Below, in pieces: positions 14,009 to 25,346 of a DNA stretch of 64,000 nucleotides. A model generated the notes under the pieces. It was not told the origin of the DNA. It saw nothing but the letters and a program-made list of their open reading frames with translations, and did not search any database. The DNA lies in assembly GCA_050173345.1 (NCBI GenBank), contig JBFXKW010000001.1, forward strand, positions 303,911 through 367,910, given 5' to 3'. Position 1 is the stretch's first letter. Every line of letters begins with the position of its first letter. The stretch is from Alphaproteobacteria bacterium. Lineage in GTDB: Bacteria > Pseudomonadota > Alphaproteobacteria > UBA828. Made by a program: the position numbers and the translations under genes.

Positions 14009-14515
14009 TCACAGCCCTGTAGATTCCTCGGCCTCGGCCACCTCGCGCGCGAGATCGAGCGCGGCCTCGACGGTCGCTTGGCGGACCGCGGCGCGGTCGC
14101 CGGGGAAGACTTCGCGCCGGTGGCGCGTCGCCATGCCGCGCCTTGCACAGCCGAAGTGCACGAGGCCGACCGGCTTGCCTTGTGTCGCGCCGCCGGGCCC
14201 GGCGATGCCGGTCACCGCGACCGCGATGTCGGCGTTGGAGCGGGCGAGGGCGCCTTCCGCCATGGCGCGCGCGACCGGCTCGCTGACCGCGCCGAAGCGG
14301 ACGATCAGCGCCGCCGGCACGCCGATCATCTCGGTCTTTGCGGCGTTCGAATAGGTGACGAAGCCGCGGTCCATGACATCCGACGAGCCGGCGATGTCGG
14401 TCAGCCGCCCGGCGATGAGCCCGCCGGTGCAGGACTCCGCCGTCGCGAGCTTGAGCCCGCGCTGCCGGCACAGCGCGAGCAGGCGGGCCGCCTTGTCGTG
14501 GTCCGGTGCGCTCAT
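14009..14515 (-). CDS. CinA-family protein, C-terminal (PncC-like nicotinamide-nucleotide amidohydrolase) domain only
   Basis: 168 aa containing LATAESCTGGL and VAVTGIAGPGG. The ATG overlaps the pgpA stop. Confidence 0.8.
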   Translation of the reverse strand: MSAPDHDKAARLLALCRQRGLKLATAESCTGGLIAGRLTDIAGSSDVMDRGFVTYSNAAKTEMIGVPAALIVRFGAVSEPVARAMAEGALARSNADIAVAVTGIAGPGGATQGKPVGLVHFGCARRGMATRHRREVFPGDRAAVRQATVEAALDLAREVAEAEESTGL

Positions 14516-15006
14516 GGCTCTACCCAGATCCAGGCGTTCCACAGCAGGATGGCGGCGAGCGCGCCGGCCAGCAGGTCGTCGAGCATGACGCCGAGGCCGC
14601 CCTTGACGCTGCGGTCGAGCGCGCTGATCGGCCAGGGCTTGATCACGTCGAACAGGCGGAAGAGCGCGAAGCCGATCGCGTAGTTGACGAGGCTCGGCGG
14701 CACCAGGATGAGCGCGAGCCATTGCCCCGCCACTTCGTCGATCACGACCGCGCCGGGATCGGCGACGCCGCGCTTGCGCGCGTAGCGGTCCGCCGCCCAA
14801 ATGCCGGCAACGAACGCCACCGCGACCGCCACCGCGAGCCCGAGCGGGCCGAGATAGGTCGCGATCGCCCAGGCGAAGGGGAGCGCGGCGAGCGAGCCCG
14901 CGGTGCCCGGCGCGCCCGGCACCAGGCCGACGCCGAACCAGGTGGCGATCAGCGCGTCCGCCGAGAAGGCCGAGCCCCGTCGCAGCGAGCGCCACATCGC
15001 CATCAT
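14512..15006 (-). CDS. pgpA: phosphatidylglycerophosphatase A
   Basis: 164-aa hydrophobic protein ([20 protein letters not shown] and DEVAGQW), coupled to ispDF upstream. Confidence 0.85.
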   Translation of the reverse strand: MMAMWRSLRRGSAFSADALIATWFGVGLVPGAPGTAGSLAALPFAWAIATYLGPLGLAVAVAVAFVAGIWAADRYARKRGVADPGAVVIDEVAGQWLALILVPPSLVNYAIGFALFRLFDVIKPWPISALDRSVKGGLGVMLDDLLAGALAAILLWNAWIWVEP

Positions 15007-16220
15007 GTCGGCGGGTGTCGTTGCGCCGGCACGAGGAGCGTGGCGACGGCCTGGGCGGCCAGGCCCTCGCGCCGCCCGGTGAAGCCGAGCCCTTCGGTCG
15101 TCGTCGCCTTGACGCTGACCCGATGCTCGTCGATGCCGAAGAGCTCGGCGACGCGGGCGACCATCGCCGCCCGGTGCGGGCCGATCTTGGGCTGCTCACA
15201 GATCACCGTGACGTCGACATGGCCGATGCGCGCGCCGCGTTCGCGAACCAGAGTGGCGGCGTGGCGCGCGAACAGCGCGGAATCCGCGTGGCGCCATTTC
15301 GGGTCGCTCGGTGGGAAGTGGGCGCCGATGTCGCCCGCGCCGAGCGCGCCGAGCACCGCATCGACCAAAGCGTGCAGCCCGACATCGCCGTCCGAGTGCG
15401 CGATCACGCCGGCATCGTGCGGCACGCGCACGCCGCAGACCATCACATGGTCGCCGGGGCCGAAGCGGTGCACGTCGAAACCCATGCCGGTGCGCGGCTC
15501 GAACGCCGTTATGTCGGACGCCTGTCGTGTCTGGCCGAGAGCGAGGCTCGCGCGCTCGAAATCCTCCGGCGTGGTGATCTTGAGGTTGGCTTCCTCGCCT
15601 TCGACCAGGCTCACCGCGAGTCCGGCCAGCTCCGCGACCTGCGCGTCGTCGGTGAGCTCCGGGCCGGTTGCGGCGTCGCGATGCGCGCGCAGGATCGTCT
15701 CGAAGCGGAACCCCTGCGGCGTCTGCGCGCGCCAGAGCCCCTTGCGGTCGAGCGTGTCGGCGATGCGGCTGCCGTCGCCCTCGCGCTTGAGCGTGTCGCT
15801 GACCCGGAGCGCCGCGATCGCGCCGTCCGCCCCTTGCAGCGCCTCGATGGTGCGCTCGATGACGGCGGGCGAGACCAGCGGTCGCGCGCCGTCATGGATC
15901 AGCACGTGGGAGGGCGCCGCCTGGGCAAGGCTTTCGAGGCCGAGCCTGACCGAATCCTGCCGGCGAGCGCCGCCGTGGGCGGGCGGCAGCAGCTTGGTCG
16001 CGACATTCGACGGCAGGCCGCTGACGGCGTCCCGGTACAGGCCCTCATCATCCGGATGGATGACCACGCGCAGAAGTTCGATCCGCGGATGGCCGCCCAG
16101 CGCGTTGACCGTGTGGTACAGCACCTTGCGGCCGGCGAGCTCCCGATACTGCTTAGGGATCGTGCCGCCGACGCGATGGCCGCGGCCCGCGGCGACGATC
16201 AGGGCGGCGACGCCTGGCAT
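15003..16220 (-). CDS. ispDF: bifunctional 2-C-methyl-D-erythritol 4-phosphate cytidylyltransferase / 2-C-methyl-D-erythritol 2,4-cyclodiphosphate synthase
   Basis: 405 aa. IspD N-terminus ([12 protein letters not shown]) and IspF C-terminus (GFDVHRF and [10 protein letters not shown]). Confidence 0.9.
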   Translation of the reverse strand: MPGVAALIVAAGRGHRVGGTIPKQYRELAGRKVLYHTVNALGGHPRIELLRVVIHPDDEGLYRDAVSGLPSNVATKLLPPAHGGARRQDSVRLGLESLAQAAPSHVLIHDGARPLVSPAVIERTIEALQGADGAIAALRVSDTLKREGDGSRIADTLDRKGLWRAQTPQGFRFETILRAHRDAATGPELTDDAQVAELAGLAVSLVEGEEANLKITTPEDFERASLALGQTRQASDITAFEPRTGMGFDVHRFGPGDHVMVCGVRVPHDAGVIAHSDGDVGLHALVDAVLGALGAGDIGAHFPPSDPKWRHADSALFARHAATLVRERGARIGHVDVTVICEQPKIGPHRAAMVARVAELFGIDEHRVSVKATTTEGLGFTGRREGLAAQAVATLLVPAQRHPPT

Positions 16221-16323
16221 CCCTCGTGTCCCTGCGTTGCGAATCGGGTTCGGTCGCGAAGCTACAGGCGGGCCGCCTCATTGCCAATGCCGCGCCGCCG
16301 GGTTTCCTGTTAGGCTGCCGTCC

Positions 16324-16704
16324 ATGAGCACGAGCAAGGCCGCCGCCGACAGCCCGCATCCGCCCCCGCGCGACTGGTCCGCCAAGCTGGACGGCGCGCT
16401 CGCCGCGATCGCCGCGCGCGACGGCAAGCCCAAGCCGTTCGAGGTCGTGCTGACCCACGGCACGGCGCGGATCGGCGTCTACGCGCCGCGCGGCTCCGAT
16501 CCTCAGCAGCCGCACGACCAGGACGAGGTCTACGTGGTGGCGCGCGGCTCGGGCGTGTTCCTCAACGGCACCGAGCGCCGCGCCTTCGCACCAGGGGACA
16601 TGCTGTTCGTCCCGGCCGGCGTGACCCACCGGTTCGAAAGCTTCACGGACGATTTCGCGGTCTGGGTGGTGTTCTACGGCCCGCAAGGGGGCGAGCACCC
16701 TTGA
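16324..16704 (+). CDS. cupin domain-containing protein (126 aa)
   Basis: The C-terminal real part of a long artefactual ORF. Contains FEVVLTHGTARIGVYAPRG and DMLFVPAGVTHRFES, which are cupin beta-barrel motifs. Confidence 0.6.
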   Translation: MSTSKAAADSPHPPPRDWSAKLDGALAAIAARDGKPKPFEVVLTHGTARIGVYAPRGSDPQQPHDQDEVYVVARGSGVFLNGTERRAFAPGDMLFVPAGVTHRFESFTDDFAVWVVFYGPQGGEHP

Positions 16705-16782
16705 TTTGATGGGCTTGCCTCGCGGCACGGGCTGGGCTAGTCTCTGCTTAGTTTTTAGGCAGATGATGAACCTGCATAATAC

Positions 16783-17925
16783 GTGACCACGTCGCAGTCG
16801 CTCCTCTCTTTCATCGATGGGTCGAAAACGACCGGCGCCGCGTCGAGCGGCGACGAAAGCATGCTGGCGGCGCTTCCGTTCGGGATCGCGCGGATCGAAG
16901 CCGATGACCGGGTGAGCTACGTCAACCCGGCGGCGGAAGAGCTGTTCGGGGCGGGCGGGGCTTACCTCGCGGAAGGACTCAAGCATGTGCTGCCGTCGGA
17001 CAGCCCGGTGTTCGCGCTGATCGACCGCACGCGCTCCCTGGCCCAGCCGGTGAGGGAGCATGCCGTCCGGCTCGTGCTGCCGCGGCGCGGCGTGTCGTTC
17101 GAGGTCGATCTCGATGTGGCGCCGCTCGGCCATCAGCCGCCTGGCACGGTGCCGGTCCTGCTCTGCCTGCGCGAGCGCGCCATCCTGCATCGGCTCGACC
17201 GCCAGCATCAGCAGCGTGAATCGGCACGCGCCGTGGGGGCGCTGGCCGCGATGCTGGCGCACGAGGTCAAGAACCCGCTGTCGGGCATCCGGGGCGCGGC
17301 CCAGCTTCTCGAGGAGGGCGCGAGCGAGCCCGATCGCGAGCTCGCCCGGGTGATTCGCGATGAGGTCGACCGGATCGCATCGCTGATCACGCGCATGGAG
17401 GCGTTCGGCGACGTGCCGCCGCTGCCGCGCGAGCCGGTGAACATCCATGAGGTGCTGGAGCGGGTGCGCATGCTGGCGGCGAACGGTTTCGCCTCGCATG
17501 TGCGCATCGTCGAGGCTTACGACCCGTCCCTGCCGCCGGTGCTCGGCAACAAGGACGAGCTGATCCAGCTCTGCCTCAACCTGGTCAAGAACGCGGCCGA
17601 AGCGGTGCCCGAGACCGGCGGCGAGATCGTGCTCGGCACCGCCTACGAATCCGGCCTGATGGTGACTGCGTCGGACGGCCGGCAGCGGCACCAGGCGCCG
17701 ATCCGCATCGCCATCCGCGACAACGGGCCGGGCATCTCCGATGCCATCCGCGACAACCTGTTCGACCCCTATGTCACCTCCAAGGCGTCGGGCTCCGGCC
17801 TCGGCCTCGCGCTGGTCGCCAAGATCGTGCGCGACCTTGGCGGCGCCATCGAATATTCGAGCGATTCGCGCGGCACCGAGTTCCGCGTCTTCATGCCGGC
17901 GGCGCCGGTCGGGGCCAAGCCGTGA
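16783..17925 (+). CDS. ntrB: nitrogen regulation sensor histidine kinase NtrB
   Basis: 380 aa from a GTG start. PAS-like N-terminus, H-box ([13 protein letters not shown]), and N, G1 and G2 boxes ([21 protein letters not shown]). The stop overlaps the ntrC start (GTGA). Confidence 0.85.
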   Translation: MTTSQSLLSFIDGSKTTGAASSGDESMLAALPFGIARIEADDRVSYVNPAAEELFGAGGAYLAEGLKHVLPSDSPVFALIDRTRSLAQPVREHAVRLVLPRRGVSFEVDLDVAPLGHQPPGTVPVLLCLRERAILHRLDRQHQQRESARAVGALAAMLAHEVKNPLSGIRGAAQLLEEGASEPDRELARVIRDEVDRIASLITRMEAFGDVPPLPREPVNIHEVLERVRMLAANGFASHVRIVEAYDPSLPPVLGNKDELIQLCLNLVKNAAEAVPETGGEIVLGTAYESGLMVTASDGRQRHQAPIRIAIRDNGPGISDAIRDNLFDPYVTSKASGSGLGLALVAKIVRDLGGAIEYSSDSRGTEFRVFMPAAPVGAKP

Positions 17926-19406
17926 ACACGCTTGCCGCGCCGCGCACCGCCCGCATCCTGGTCGCCGACGATGACCAGGGCATCCGCACCGTGCTGCTGC
18001 GCGCGCTCGCCCGCCTCGGCCACGACGTCGAGACGGTATCGAGCGCAGCCTCGCTGTGGCGCAAGGTCACGGGCGAGGGGATCGACCTCCTGGTGACCGA
18101 TGTGGTGTTTCCCGACGGCGATGCCCTCGAGCTGCTGCCGCGCGTGCGCAAGGCGCGCCCCGAGCTTCCCGTCATCGTGATGAGTGCGCGCTCGACCCTG
18201 CTCACCGCGGTGCGCGCCAGCGAACGCGGCGCGTTCGACTACCTGCCCAAGCCGTTCGACCTCAATCTGCTCATCGAGGCCGTGCAGCGTGCGCTGGCAC
18301 CGCGGCGCCAGGAACCGAGCGGCGCGGCCGCCGCGGAACCGAGCGGCGGCGAGGCGCTCCCCCTGATCGGCCAGTCGGCGGCGATGCAGGAGGTCTTCCG
18401 CGTCATCGCGCGGCTGACCGGCAATGATCTGACCGTGCTGATCACGGGCGAGTCCGGCACCGGCAAGGAGCTGATCGCGCGCGCCCTGCATGCCTTCGGC
18501 AAGCGCCGCGACCAGCGCTTCGTCGCGGTCAACATGGCGGCGATCCCGCGCGAGCTGGTCGAATCCGAGCTGTTCGGCCATGAGCGGGGCGCCTTCACCG
18601 GCGCCATCGCCCGCAAGGCCGGCCGCTTCGAGGAGGCGGATGGCGGCACGCTCTTCCTCGACGAGGTCGGCGACATGCCGATGGAAGCGCAGACGCGCCT
18701 GCTCCGCGTGCTGCAGGACGGCGAGTTCACCGCGGTCGGCGGGCGCGTGCCGATCAAGGTGGATGTGCGGATCATCGCGGCGACCCATCGCAACCTTCGC
18801 CAGATGGTGGGGCAGGGCCTGTTCAGGGAAGACCTGTTCTATCGCCTGAACGTGGTCCCGATCAGCGTGCCGCCGCTGCGCGAACGCAGGACCGACATTC
18901 CGCTCCTGGTCAGGGCGTTTCTCGACCGGGCCGCGGCCGAGGGGCTGCCGCACAAGACCGTGTCGCCGGAAGCCATGGCGCGGCTGAGCGCCTATGCGTG
19001 GCCCGGCAATGTGCGCGAGCTCGGCAACCTGGCGCGCCGGCTGGCCGCGCTTCATGGCGGCGACGAGATCGGCCCCGAGGCGGTCGATGCCGCGCTCGCC
19101 GATGCGGAGGCGCCGCCGGCGGCCATGGAAGCCCGGGGTGCGGCGCAGGAGCAGGAGACGGCGAGCCTCGGCCTCGCGGTCGAGCAGCACCTCTCGCGCT
19201 ATTTCGCCGCGCACGGGGATGCGCTGCCGCCCAGCGGCCTCTATGATCGCGTGCTCAGGGAAATGGAGCGGCCGCTGCTCTCGATCGCGCTCGCCGCCAC
19301 GCGCGGCAACCAGGTCCAGGCGGCCAAGCTGCTCGGGGTCAACCGCAACACGCTGCGCAAGAAGATCCGCGACCTGGAACTCCATGTCATCCGCGACCTC
19401 AAGTAG
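17922..19406 (+). CDS. ntrC: nitrogen regulation response regulator NtrC (sigma-54 activator)
   Basis: 494 aa with a receiver domain (ILVADDD...[10 protein letters not shown]), an AAA+ sigma-54 interaction domain (GESGTGKE and GAFTGA) and a C-terminal HTH. Confidence 0.92.
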   Translation: MNTLAAPRTARILVADDDQGIRTVLLRALARLGHDVETVSSAASLWRKVTGEGIDLLVTDVVFPDGDALELLPRVRKARPELPVIVMSARSTLLTAVRASERGAFDYLPKPFDLNLLIEAVQRALAPRRQEPSGAAAAEPSGGEALPLIGQSAAMQEVFRVIARLTGNDLTVLITGESGTGKELIARALHAFGKRRDQRFVAVNMAAIPRELVESELFGHERGAFTGAIARKAGRFEEADGGTLFLDEVGDMPMEAQTRLLRVLQDGEFTAVGGRVPIKVDVRIIAATHRNLRQMVGQGLFREDLFYRLNVVPISVPPLRERRTDIPLLVRAFLDRAAAEGLPHKTVSPEAMARLSAYAWPGNVRELGNLARRLAALHGGDEIGPEAVDAALADAEAPPAAMEARGAAQEQETASLGLAVEQHLSRYFAAHGDALPPSGLYDRVLREMERPLLSIALAATRGNQVQAAKLLGVNRNTLRKKIRDLELHVIRDLK

Positions 19407-21642
19407 CGATACGGCCGGAGCGGCGCCGCTCTCGTTCTTCGGCCGGTTGAATCGCTGGTTCGCCCGTGTCGGCGTGGCGCGGCGGCTCGCGATCGCGCTG
19501 ATGGCGGCGGCGGTCGCCTCCGGCATCTCGACCTATCTTGCGATGTCGGGCTCGGCGCCGTTCGAGTCCAACCCGCGCACCGTGCTCATCCTGCTCAATG
19601 TCGACCTGGTCCTGCTGCTTCTGCTCGGGGCCGTGGTCGCGCATCGGCTGGTTCGCCTCTGGCTCGAACGGCGCCGCGGCTCCGCCGGCTCGCGGCTTCA
19701 GGGACGGCTCGTCACGCTGTTCGGCGTGGTCGCGGTGACGCCCGCGATCCTGGTCTCGATCTTCTCGGCGCTCTTCCTCGATCTCGGCCTGCAGGCCTGG
19801 TTCAGCCAGCAGGTGCGCGTCGCGCTCGACGAGTCCGCCGCGGTCGCCGATGCCTACCTTGCCGAGCACCGCGCCGGCATCAGGGCCGATGCGCTCGCGA
19901 TGGCGGCCGACATCAACCGGCAGGTGCCGCAGCTCATGCAGAACCCGGCGCGGCTGAGCCAGCTCGTCGGCACGCTCGCCGAGCTGCGCGGCCTGAGCGA
20001 GGCGCTGGTGCTGACGCGCGACGGTCGCGTTCTGGCGCAGGACGGCCTCACCTTCGCGCTCGGGCTCGAACGCATCCCGGAACCCGCGATGCAGCAGGCC
20101 GAGGACGGCGAGACCGTGATCCTGGGCTCCGAGACCGAGGATCGCGTCCGCGCGCTCGTCCGGCTTGACCGCTTCGTGGATAGCTATCTCTTCGTCGGGC
20201 GGTTCATCGAGTCCGGGGTGCTCGATCACGTCAGAAACGTCGAGCGCACCGTCGCGAACTACAAGAAGCTGGAATCGCAACGCTCCGGCATCGAGATCAC
20301 CTTCGTCCTGATCTTCGTGGTCGTCGCGCTGCTCATCCTGCTCGCCGCCATCTGGGTCGGTCTCATGTTTGCCAACAAGATCGTCAACCCGGTCGGCTCC
20401 CTGATCGCGGCGGCGGAGCGGGTACGCGGCGGCGACCTGGCCGCGCGCGTCGCCGAAGGCGCGCCGGACGACGAGATCGCGAGCCTGAGCCGCGCCTTCA
20501 ACCGCATGACCGGCCAGCTCGAGAGCCAGCGCGCCGAGCTGGTCGCGACGAACAGCCAGCTCGATGAGCGCCGGCGCTTCACCGAGGCCGTGCTCGAGGG
20601 CGTCTCGGCCGGTGTGCTCGGGCTCAACGCGCACGGCGTCGTGACCCTTCCCAATCGTTCGGCGCTCAGCCTGCTCGGCGTCAGCGCCGAGGCCCTGGTC
20701 GGCCAGCGGCTCGACCAGGCCATCCCGGAAATGGCCGAACTCCTGCGCGACGCGCGCGCCCGGCCGGACCGCGTGGCCCAGGCCCAGGTCGATATCAAGC
20801 GCGAGGGCGGCACCATCACCCTGATCGTGCGTATCGTGAGCGAAAGCGCGGGCGGCGAGGGCAACGGCTTCGTCGTCACCTTCGACGACATCTCAGCCCT
20901 GGTCGCGGCGCAGCGGACCGCCGCCTGGGCGGACGTGGCGCGGCGCATCGCGCATGAGATCAAGAACCCCCTGACGCCGATCCAGCTCTCCGCCGAACGG
21001 CTCAAGCGCAAGTACCTGCGCGAGATTCAAACCGAGCCGGACATCTTCACGGCATGCACCGACACCATCGTGCGCCAGGTCGGCGACATCCGGCAGATGG
21101 TCGACGAGTTCTCCGCCTTCGCGCGCATGCCGGCGCCGGTCATCAAGCGGGAAAACCTGAGCGCGCTCGCCCGCCAGGCCATCCTGTTGCAGCGCATGGC
21201 CAACCCGGAGATCAGCTACGAGCCGGTCGGCCTCGACGAGCCGGTCGTCATCGCATGCGATTCACGGCAGATCGGGCAGGCGATCACCAATCTCCTCAAG
21301 AACGCGGCCGAGGCGATTCGGGGGCGGAACGGTGACGGCGTGCGCGGCCATGTCTGGATCAGGATCGAGCGTACCGACCGGCATCGCACCCTCATCGTCG
21401 AGGATGACGGGCCGGGCCTGCCCCGCGACCACCGCGCGCGCCTGACAGAACCCTATGTCACGACGCGGGAAAAGGGCACCGGCCTCGGGCTCGCCATCGT
21501 CCGCAAGATCATGGAGGATCATGGCGGCGAGCTGATCCTGGGCGACCGCCCGGGCGGCGGCGCGTGCATCGGTCTTGCATTTGTCGTGCCCGAGGATAAC
21601 GCTTCGGAGATGAGCGGGATCAGTTCGAAGCGAAGCGCGTGA
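19384..21642 (+). CDS. ntrY: sensor histidine kinase NtrY
   Basis: 752 aa from the ATG at 19384, after trimming a spurious upstream extension. Multi-TM N-terminus, HAMP, PAS, and an HK core ([36 protein letters not shown]). Confidence 0.85.
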   Translation: MSSATSSSDTAGAAPLSFFGRLNRWFARVGVARRLAIALMAAAVASGISTYLAMSGSAPFESNPRTVLILLNVDLVLLLLLGAVVAHRLVRLWLERRRGSAGSRLQGRLVTLFGVVAVTPAILVSIFSALFLDLGLQAWFSQQVRVALDESAAVADAYLAEHRAGIRADALAMAADINRQVPQLMQNPARLSQLVGTLAELRGLSEALVLTRDGRVLAQDGLTFALGLERIPEPAMQQAEDGETVILGSETEDRVRALVRLDRFVDSYLFVGRFIESGVLDHVRNVERTVANYKKLESQRSGIEITFVLIFVVVALLILLAAIWVGLMFANKIVNPVGSLIAAAERVRGGDLAARVAEGAPDDEIASLSRAFNRMTGQLESQRAELVATNSQLDERRRFTEAVLEGVSAGVLGLNAHGVVTLPNRSALSLLGVSAEALVGQRLDQAIPEMAELLRDARARPDRVAQAQVDIKREGGTITLIVRIVSESAGGEGNGFVVTFDDISALVAAQRTAAWADVARRIAHEIKNPLTPIQLSAERLKRKYLREIQTEPDIFTACTDTIVRQVGDIRQMVDEFSAFARMPAPVIKRENLSALARQAILLQRMANPEISYEPVGLDEPVVIACDSRQIGQAITNLLKNAAEAIRGRNGDGVRGHVWIRIERTDRHRTLIVEDDGPGLPRDHRARLTEPYVTTREKGTGLGLAIVRKIMEDHGGELILGDRPGGGACIGLAFVVPEDNASEMSGISSKRSA

Positions 21643-23045
21643 TGGCTGCCGACATCCTCATCGTCGACGACGAGCCTGATATTCGCTCGCTGCTCGCGGA
21701 CATCCTGGGAGACGAAGGTTATTCGGCCAAGGTCGCCGCCGACAGCAACACCGCGCTCGCCCTGATCGACACCATGCCGCCGCCGGCGCTCGCCATCCTC
21801 GACATCTGGCTCGAGGGCAGCCCGATGGACGGCATGGAGCTGCTCGAACGGGTGAGGGCGCTGCACCCCGAGCTGCCGATCCTCATGATCAGCGGCCACG
21901 GCAACATCGAGACCGCGGTGGCCGCCATCAAGAAGGGCGCCTATGACTTCATCGAGAAGCCGTTCAAGACCGATCGGCTCCTGGTGATGGTGTCGCGCGC
22001 GCTCGAGGCGGCGCGGCTCAGGCGCGAGAATGCCGAGATGCGCCTCAGGCTCGGGCCCGAGACGGCGCTGGTCGGGCGGACCTCGATCATGAACGCGCTG
22101 CGCGCCTCGGCCGAGAAGGTCGCGCCGACCGGCAGCCGCGTCTTCATCACCGGGCCCGCGGGCTGCGGCAAGGAGACGCTCGCCCGCTTCGTCCACGCGC
22201 GCTCGCGCCGCAAGGACGGGCCGCTCGTCGTCGTCAACGCCGCCCTGATGGAGCCCGAGGGTCTCGAGGTGCAGCTCTTCGGCACCGAGGGCGGCTATCC
22301 CGACCCGGGCAGCCCCCGGCGCATCGGCATGTTCGAGCGGGCCCATGGCGGCACGCTCTATTTCGACGAGATCGCCGACATGCCGGTCGAGACCCAAGGC
22401 AAGATCGTCCGGGTGCTCCAGGAGCAGACCTTCGAGCGGGTGGGCGGCGGCCATCGCGTCCAGGTCGATGTCAGGGTCATGGCCGCGACCAACCGGGACA
22501 TCCGGGCCGAGATCGAGGCGGGCCGGTTCCGCGAGGACCTGTTCTACCGGCTGAACGTGGTTCCGATGCCGATGCCCGCCTTGTCGGAGCGGCGCGAGGA
22601 CATACCGCTCCTCGTCGACCATTTCCTCATGAGGGCCGCCGAATCCTCGGGCATCGCGCGGCGGACGATCGCAGCCGACGCGCTCGCCGTGCTCCAGTCC
22701 TATGACTGGCCCGGCAATGTGCGCCAGCTCCGCAACGTGATCGAATGGGTGATGATCATGTCGGGCAACGAGCCCGGCGCGCCGGTCAGGGCCGACATGC
22801 TGCCGCCGGAGCTGACCGCGGCCGCGGTGCCGATCGCCCGCGCGGACGGCTCGTCGGAGATCATGGGGTTGCCGCTCCGCGAGGCGCGCGAGGTCTTCGA
22901 GCGCAACTATCTGATGGCGCAGATCGGCCGCTTCGGCGGCAACATCTCGAAGACGGCGCAGTTCGTCGGGATGGAGCGCTCGGCATTGCACCGCAAGCTG
23001 AAATCGCTCGGCATCGGCGATGACGTGCGCGAGCGCGGCCCTTGA
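21639..23045 (+). CDS. ntrX: sigma-54-dependent response regulator NtrX
   Basis: 468 aa with a receiver domain, an AAA+ domain (GPAGCGKE) and an HTH. The ATGA start overlaps ntrY. Confidence 0.88.
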   Translation: MMAADILIVDDEPDIRSLLADILGDEGYSAKVAADSNTALALIDTMPPPALAILDIWLEGSPMDGMELLERVRALHPELPILMISGHGNIETAVAAIKKGAYDFIEKPFKTDRLLVMVSRALEAARLRRENAEMRLRLGPETALVGRTSIMNALRASAEKVAPTGSRVFITGPAGCGKETLARFVHARSRRKDGPLVVVNAALMEPEGLEVQLFGTEGGYPDPGSPRRIGMFERAHGGTLYFDEIADMPVETQGKIVRVLQEQTFERVGGGHRVQVDVRVMAATNRDIRAEIEAGRFREDLFYRLNVVPMPMPALSERREDIPLLVDHFLMRAAESSGIARRTIAADALAVLQSYDWPGNVRQLRNVIEWVMIMSGNEPGAPVRADMLPPELTAAAVPIARADGSSEIMGLPLREAREVFERNYLMAQIGRFGGNISKTAQFVGMERSALHRKLKSLGIGDDVRERGP

Positions 23046-23082
23046 GCGCAACGCGGGCGGCTGAGGCGGAAGACAGCCCGAC

Positions 23083-24459
23083 ATGAAGGTCATCGTATGC
23101 GGGGCGGGCCAGGTCGGCTCCAGCATCGCGCGCCATCTGGCGGGCGAGGCCAACGACGTCACCGTCATCGACAATCGGCCGGAGGTCATCCGCAAGATCG
23201 CCGATACCATCGAGGTCACCACCATCGTCGGCAACGCGGCACATCCCGACGTGCTCAACCGGGCCGGCGCGCGCGACGCCGACATGCTGGTCGCCGTCAC
23301 CCACTTCGACGAAGTCAACATGGTGGCCTGCCAGGTCGCCCATTCGCTGTTCGAGACGCCCGAGAAGATCGCCCGCATCCGCGCGCAGACCTATCTCGAC
23401 CCGGCCTGGGCGGACCTCTACCGCCGCGAGCATTTGCCCATCGATCTGGTGATCTCGCCCGAGATCGAGGTGGCGCGCGCCATCGCGCGCCGGCTTCAGG
23501 TGCCGGGCGCCTTCGACATGATCAGCTTTGGCAACGAGCGGCTGCGCGTCGTCGGCGTGCGTTGCGACGAGCATTGCCCCGTCATCAACACGCCGCTGCG
23601 CCAGCTCACGGAAATCTTCCCGAGCCTCAACATCGTGGTGCTCGGCATCGTCCGCAACGACCGCGTCATCGTGCCGCGCGGCGACGACCAGATGCTGCCG
23701 GGCGACGACGTCTATTTCGTCACGGAGACCGGCCACCTCGAACGCTCGATGGCAACCTTCGGCCACGAGGAGAAGGAGGCGCGCCGCATGGTCATCGTCG
23801 GCGGCGGCAATGTCGGCCTGTTCCTCGCTCAGGACCTCGAGCAGACCCATAGCGGGATCAACCTGAAGGTCATCGAGCTCGATGCGGAGCGCGCCCGCTA
23901 CGTCGCCGAGACGCTCGGCCGCACCGTGGTGATCAATGGCGACGGGCTCGACAAGGAGATCCTGGAGGAGGTAGGCATTGCCGAATGCGAGGCGATGATG
24001 GCGGTCTCCAATGACGACGAGGTCAACATCCTCGCCTCGCTGCTCGGCAAGCGCGCCGGCTGCCAGCGGGCGATCTCGTTGATCAACAACGCGGGCTATG
24101 CCTCGCTGGTCGGCCCGCTCGGCATCGACGCGGCGGTCAGCCCGCGGGAATCGACAGTCTCGACCATCCTGCAGCGCATCAGGCGGGGCCGCATCCACGC
24201 GGTTCATTCGGTGCGCGACGGCATGGCGGAGATCGTCGAGGCGGAGGCGCTGGAAACCTCCTCCCTGGTCGGCAGTCCGTTGCGTGAGGTCAAGCTGCCG
24301 GCCGGCATCCTGGTCGGCGCGCTCGTGCGCGGCGAGGAGGTGATCATCCCGCGCGGCGACACCGTGATCCGGCCGCACGACCGGGTGGTCGCCTTCGTCG
24401 CCCAGACCGCGGTCAAGCGGCTCGAGCAGCTCTTCGCCGTGCGGGTCGAGTTCTTCTGA
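23083..24459 (+). CDS. trkA: Trk system potassium uptake protein TrkA
   Basis: 458 aa with two NAD-binding Rossmann repeats (VCGAGQVGSSIA and VIVGGGNVG) and RCK_C domains. Confidence 0.88.
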   Translation: MKVIVCGAGQVGSSIARHLAGEANDVTVIDNRPEVIRKIADTIEVTTIVGNAAHPDVLNRAGARDADMLVAVTHFDEVNMVACQVAHSLFETPEKIARIRAQTYLDPAWADLYRREHLPIDLVISPEIEVARAIARRLQVPGAFDMISFGNERLRVVGVRCDEHCPVINTPLRQLTEIFPSLNIVVLGIVRNDRVIVPRGDDQMLPGDDVYFVTETGHLERSMATFGHEEKEARRMVIVGGGNVGLFLAQDLEQTHSGINLKVIELDAERARYVAETLGRTVVINGDGLDKEILEEVGIAECEAMMAVSNDDEVNILASLLGKRAGCQRAISLINNAGYASLVGPLGIDAAVSPRESTVSTILQRIRRGRIHAVHSVRDGMAEIVEAEALETSSLVGSPLREVKLPAGILVGALVRGEEVIIPRGDTVIRPHDRVVAFVAQTAVKRLEQLFAVRVEFF

Positions 24460-24479
24460 GCCAGAAGGGCATCAGCAGC

Positions 24480-25346
24480 ATGAGCAGCTTCCGGGTCGCC
24501 TATGTCGATGGACGCTACCAGCGCGCCGATCTCGCGCATGTCGCGGTCGAGGATCGCGGTTTTCAGCTTGCGGATGGCGTCTACGAGGTCGCGCCGGTCG
24601 CGAACGGCCGCATCATCGATTTCAAGCCGCACTTCGATCGTTTCGCCCGCTCGCTCGGCGAGCTGAGCATCCAGGCGCCGGTGCCGCCCGCGGCGCTGAA
24701 CGTGATCTGCCGCGAGGTGGTCGAACGCAACCGCATCGTCGACGGCATCCTCTACGTGCAAGCCAGCCGCGGCGCCGCGCCGCGCGATCATGGCTTTCCC
24801 AAGCAGCCCGTCCGTCCGACGCTGGTGGCGAGCGCGAAATGGCTGTCATGGCCGAGCGATGCCGGCCTGGATTCCGGCGCGGCGATCATCACAACGCCTG
24901 ACCTGCGCTGGGGGCGCTGCGACATCAAATCGACGGCACTGCTCGCCAACGTGCTCGCCAAGCAGAAGGCGCGGGAGGCGGGCGCGTTCGAGGCGTGGTT
25001 CGTGCGCCCCGACGGCACGATCACCGAGGGCGCCTCGACCAACGCCTGGATGGTCGATGCGGATGGCCGCCTGCTGACCCGGCCGCTCGGGCCGGAGATC
25101 CTGCCCGGCATTACGCGGGCAACCGTGCTCCGGCTCGCGCGCCAGGCGGGCTATGAGGTGATCGAGCGTCCGTTCCGCCTCGACGAGTTGTCGAACGCGC
25201 GCGAGGCCTTCCTGACCTCGACCACGTCGCTGGTGCGCGCGGTGGTCTCGGTCGATGGCAGGCCGATCGCGAACGGCCATCCCGGCGAGATCGCGAGCAG
25301 GCTTCGCGCACTCTGTCTCACGCACTACCGGGCGCCGGCGTCCTGA
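24480..25346 (+). CDS. dat: D-amino-acid transaminase (fold-type IV aminotransferase)
   Basis: 288 aa containing RGFQLADGVYEV and the class IV aminotransferase pattern. Confidence 0.75.
   Translation: MSSFRVAYVDGRYQRADLAHVAVEDRGFQLADGVYEVAPVANGRIIDFKPHFDRFARSLGELSIQAPVPPAALNVICREVVERNRIVDGILYVQASRGAAPRDHGFPKQPVRPTLVASAKWLSWPSDAGLDSGAAIITTPDLRWGRCDIKSTALLANVLAKQKAREAGAFEAWFVRPDGTITEGASTNAWMVDADGRLLTRPLGPEILPGITRATVLRLARQAGYEVIERPFRLDELSNAREAFLTSTTSLVRAVVSVDGRPIANGHPGEIASRLRALCLTHYRAPAS

Noticed and set aside
14506-16704. 732-aa plus-strand ORF spanning pgpA/ispDF antisense
   Set aside because: Only the last 126 codons (16324..16704) look like a real protein, a cupin. The rest is antisense to ispDF and pgpA with junk composition.
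16153-17691. 512-aa minus-strand ORF covering the cupin and ntrB region
   Set aside because: Antisense to NtrB, which has full histidine-kinase motifs. Arg-rich composition.
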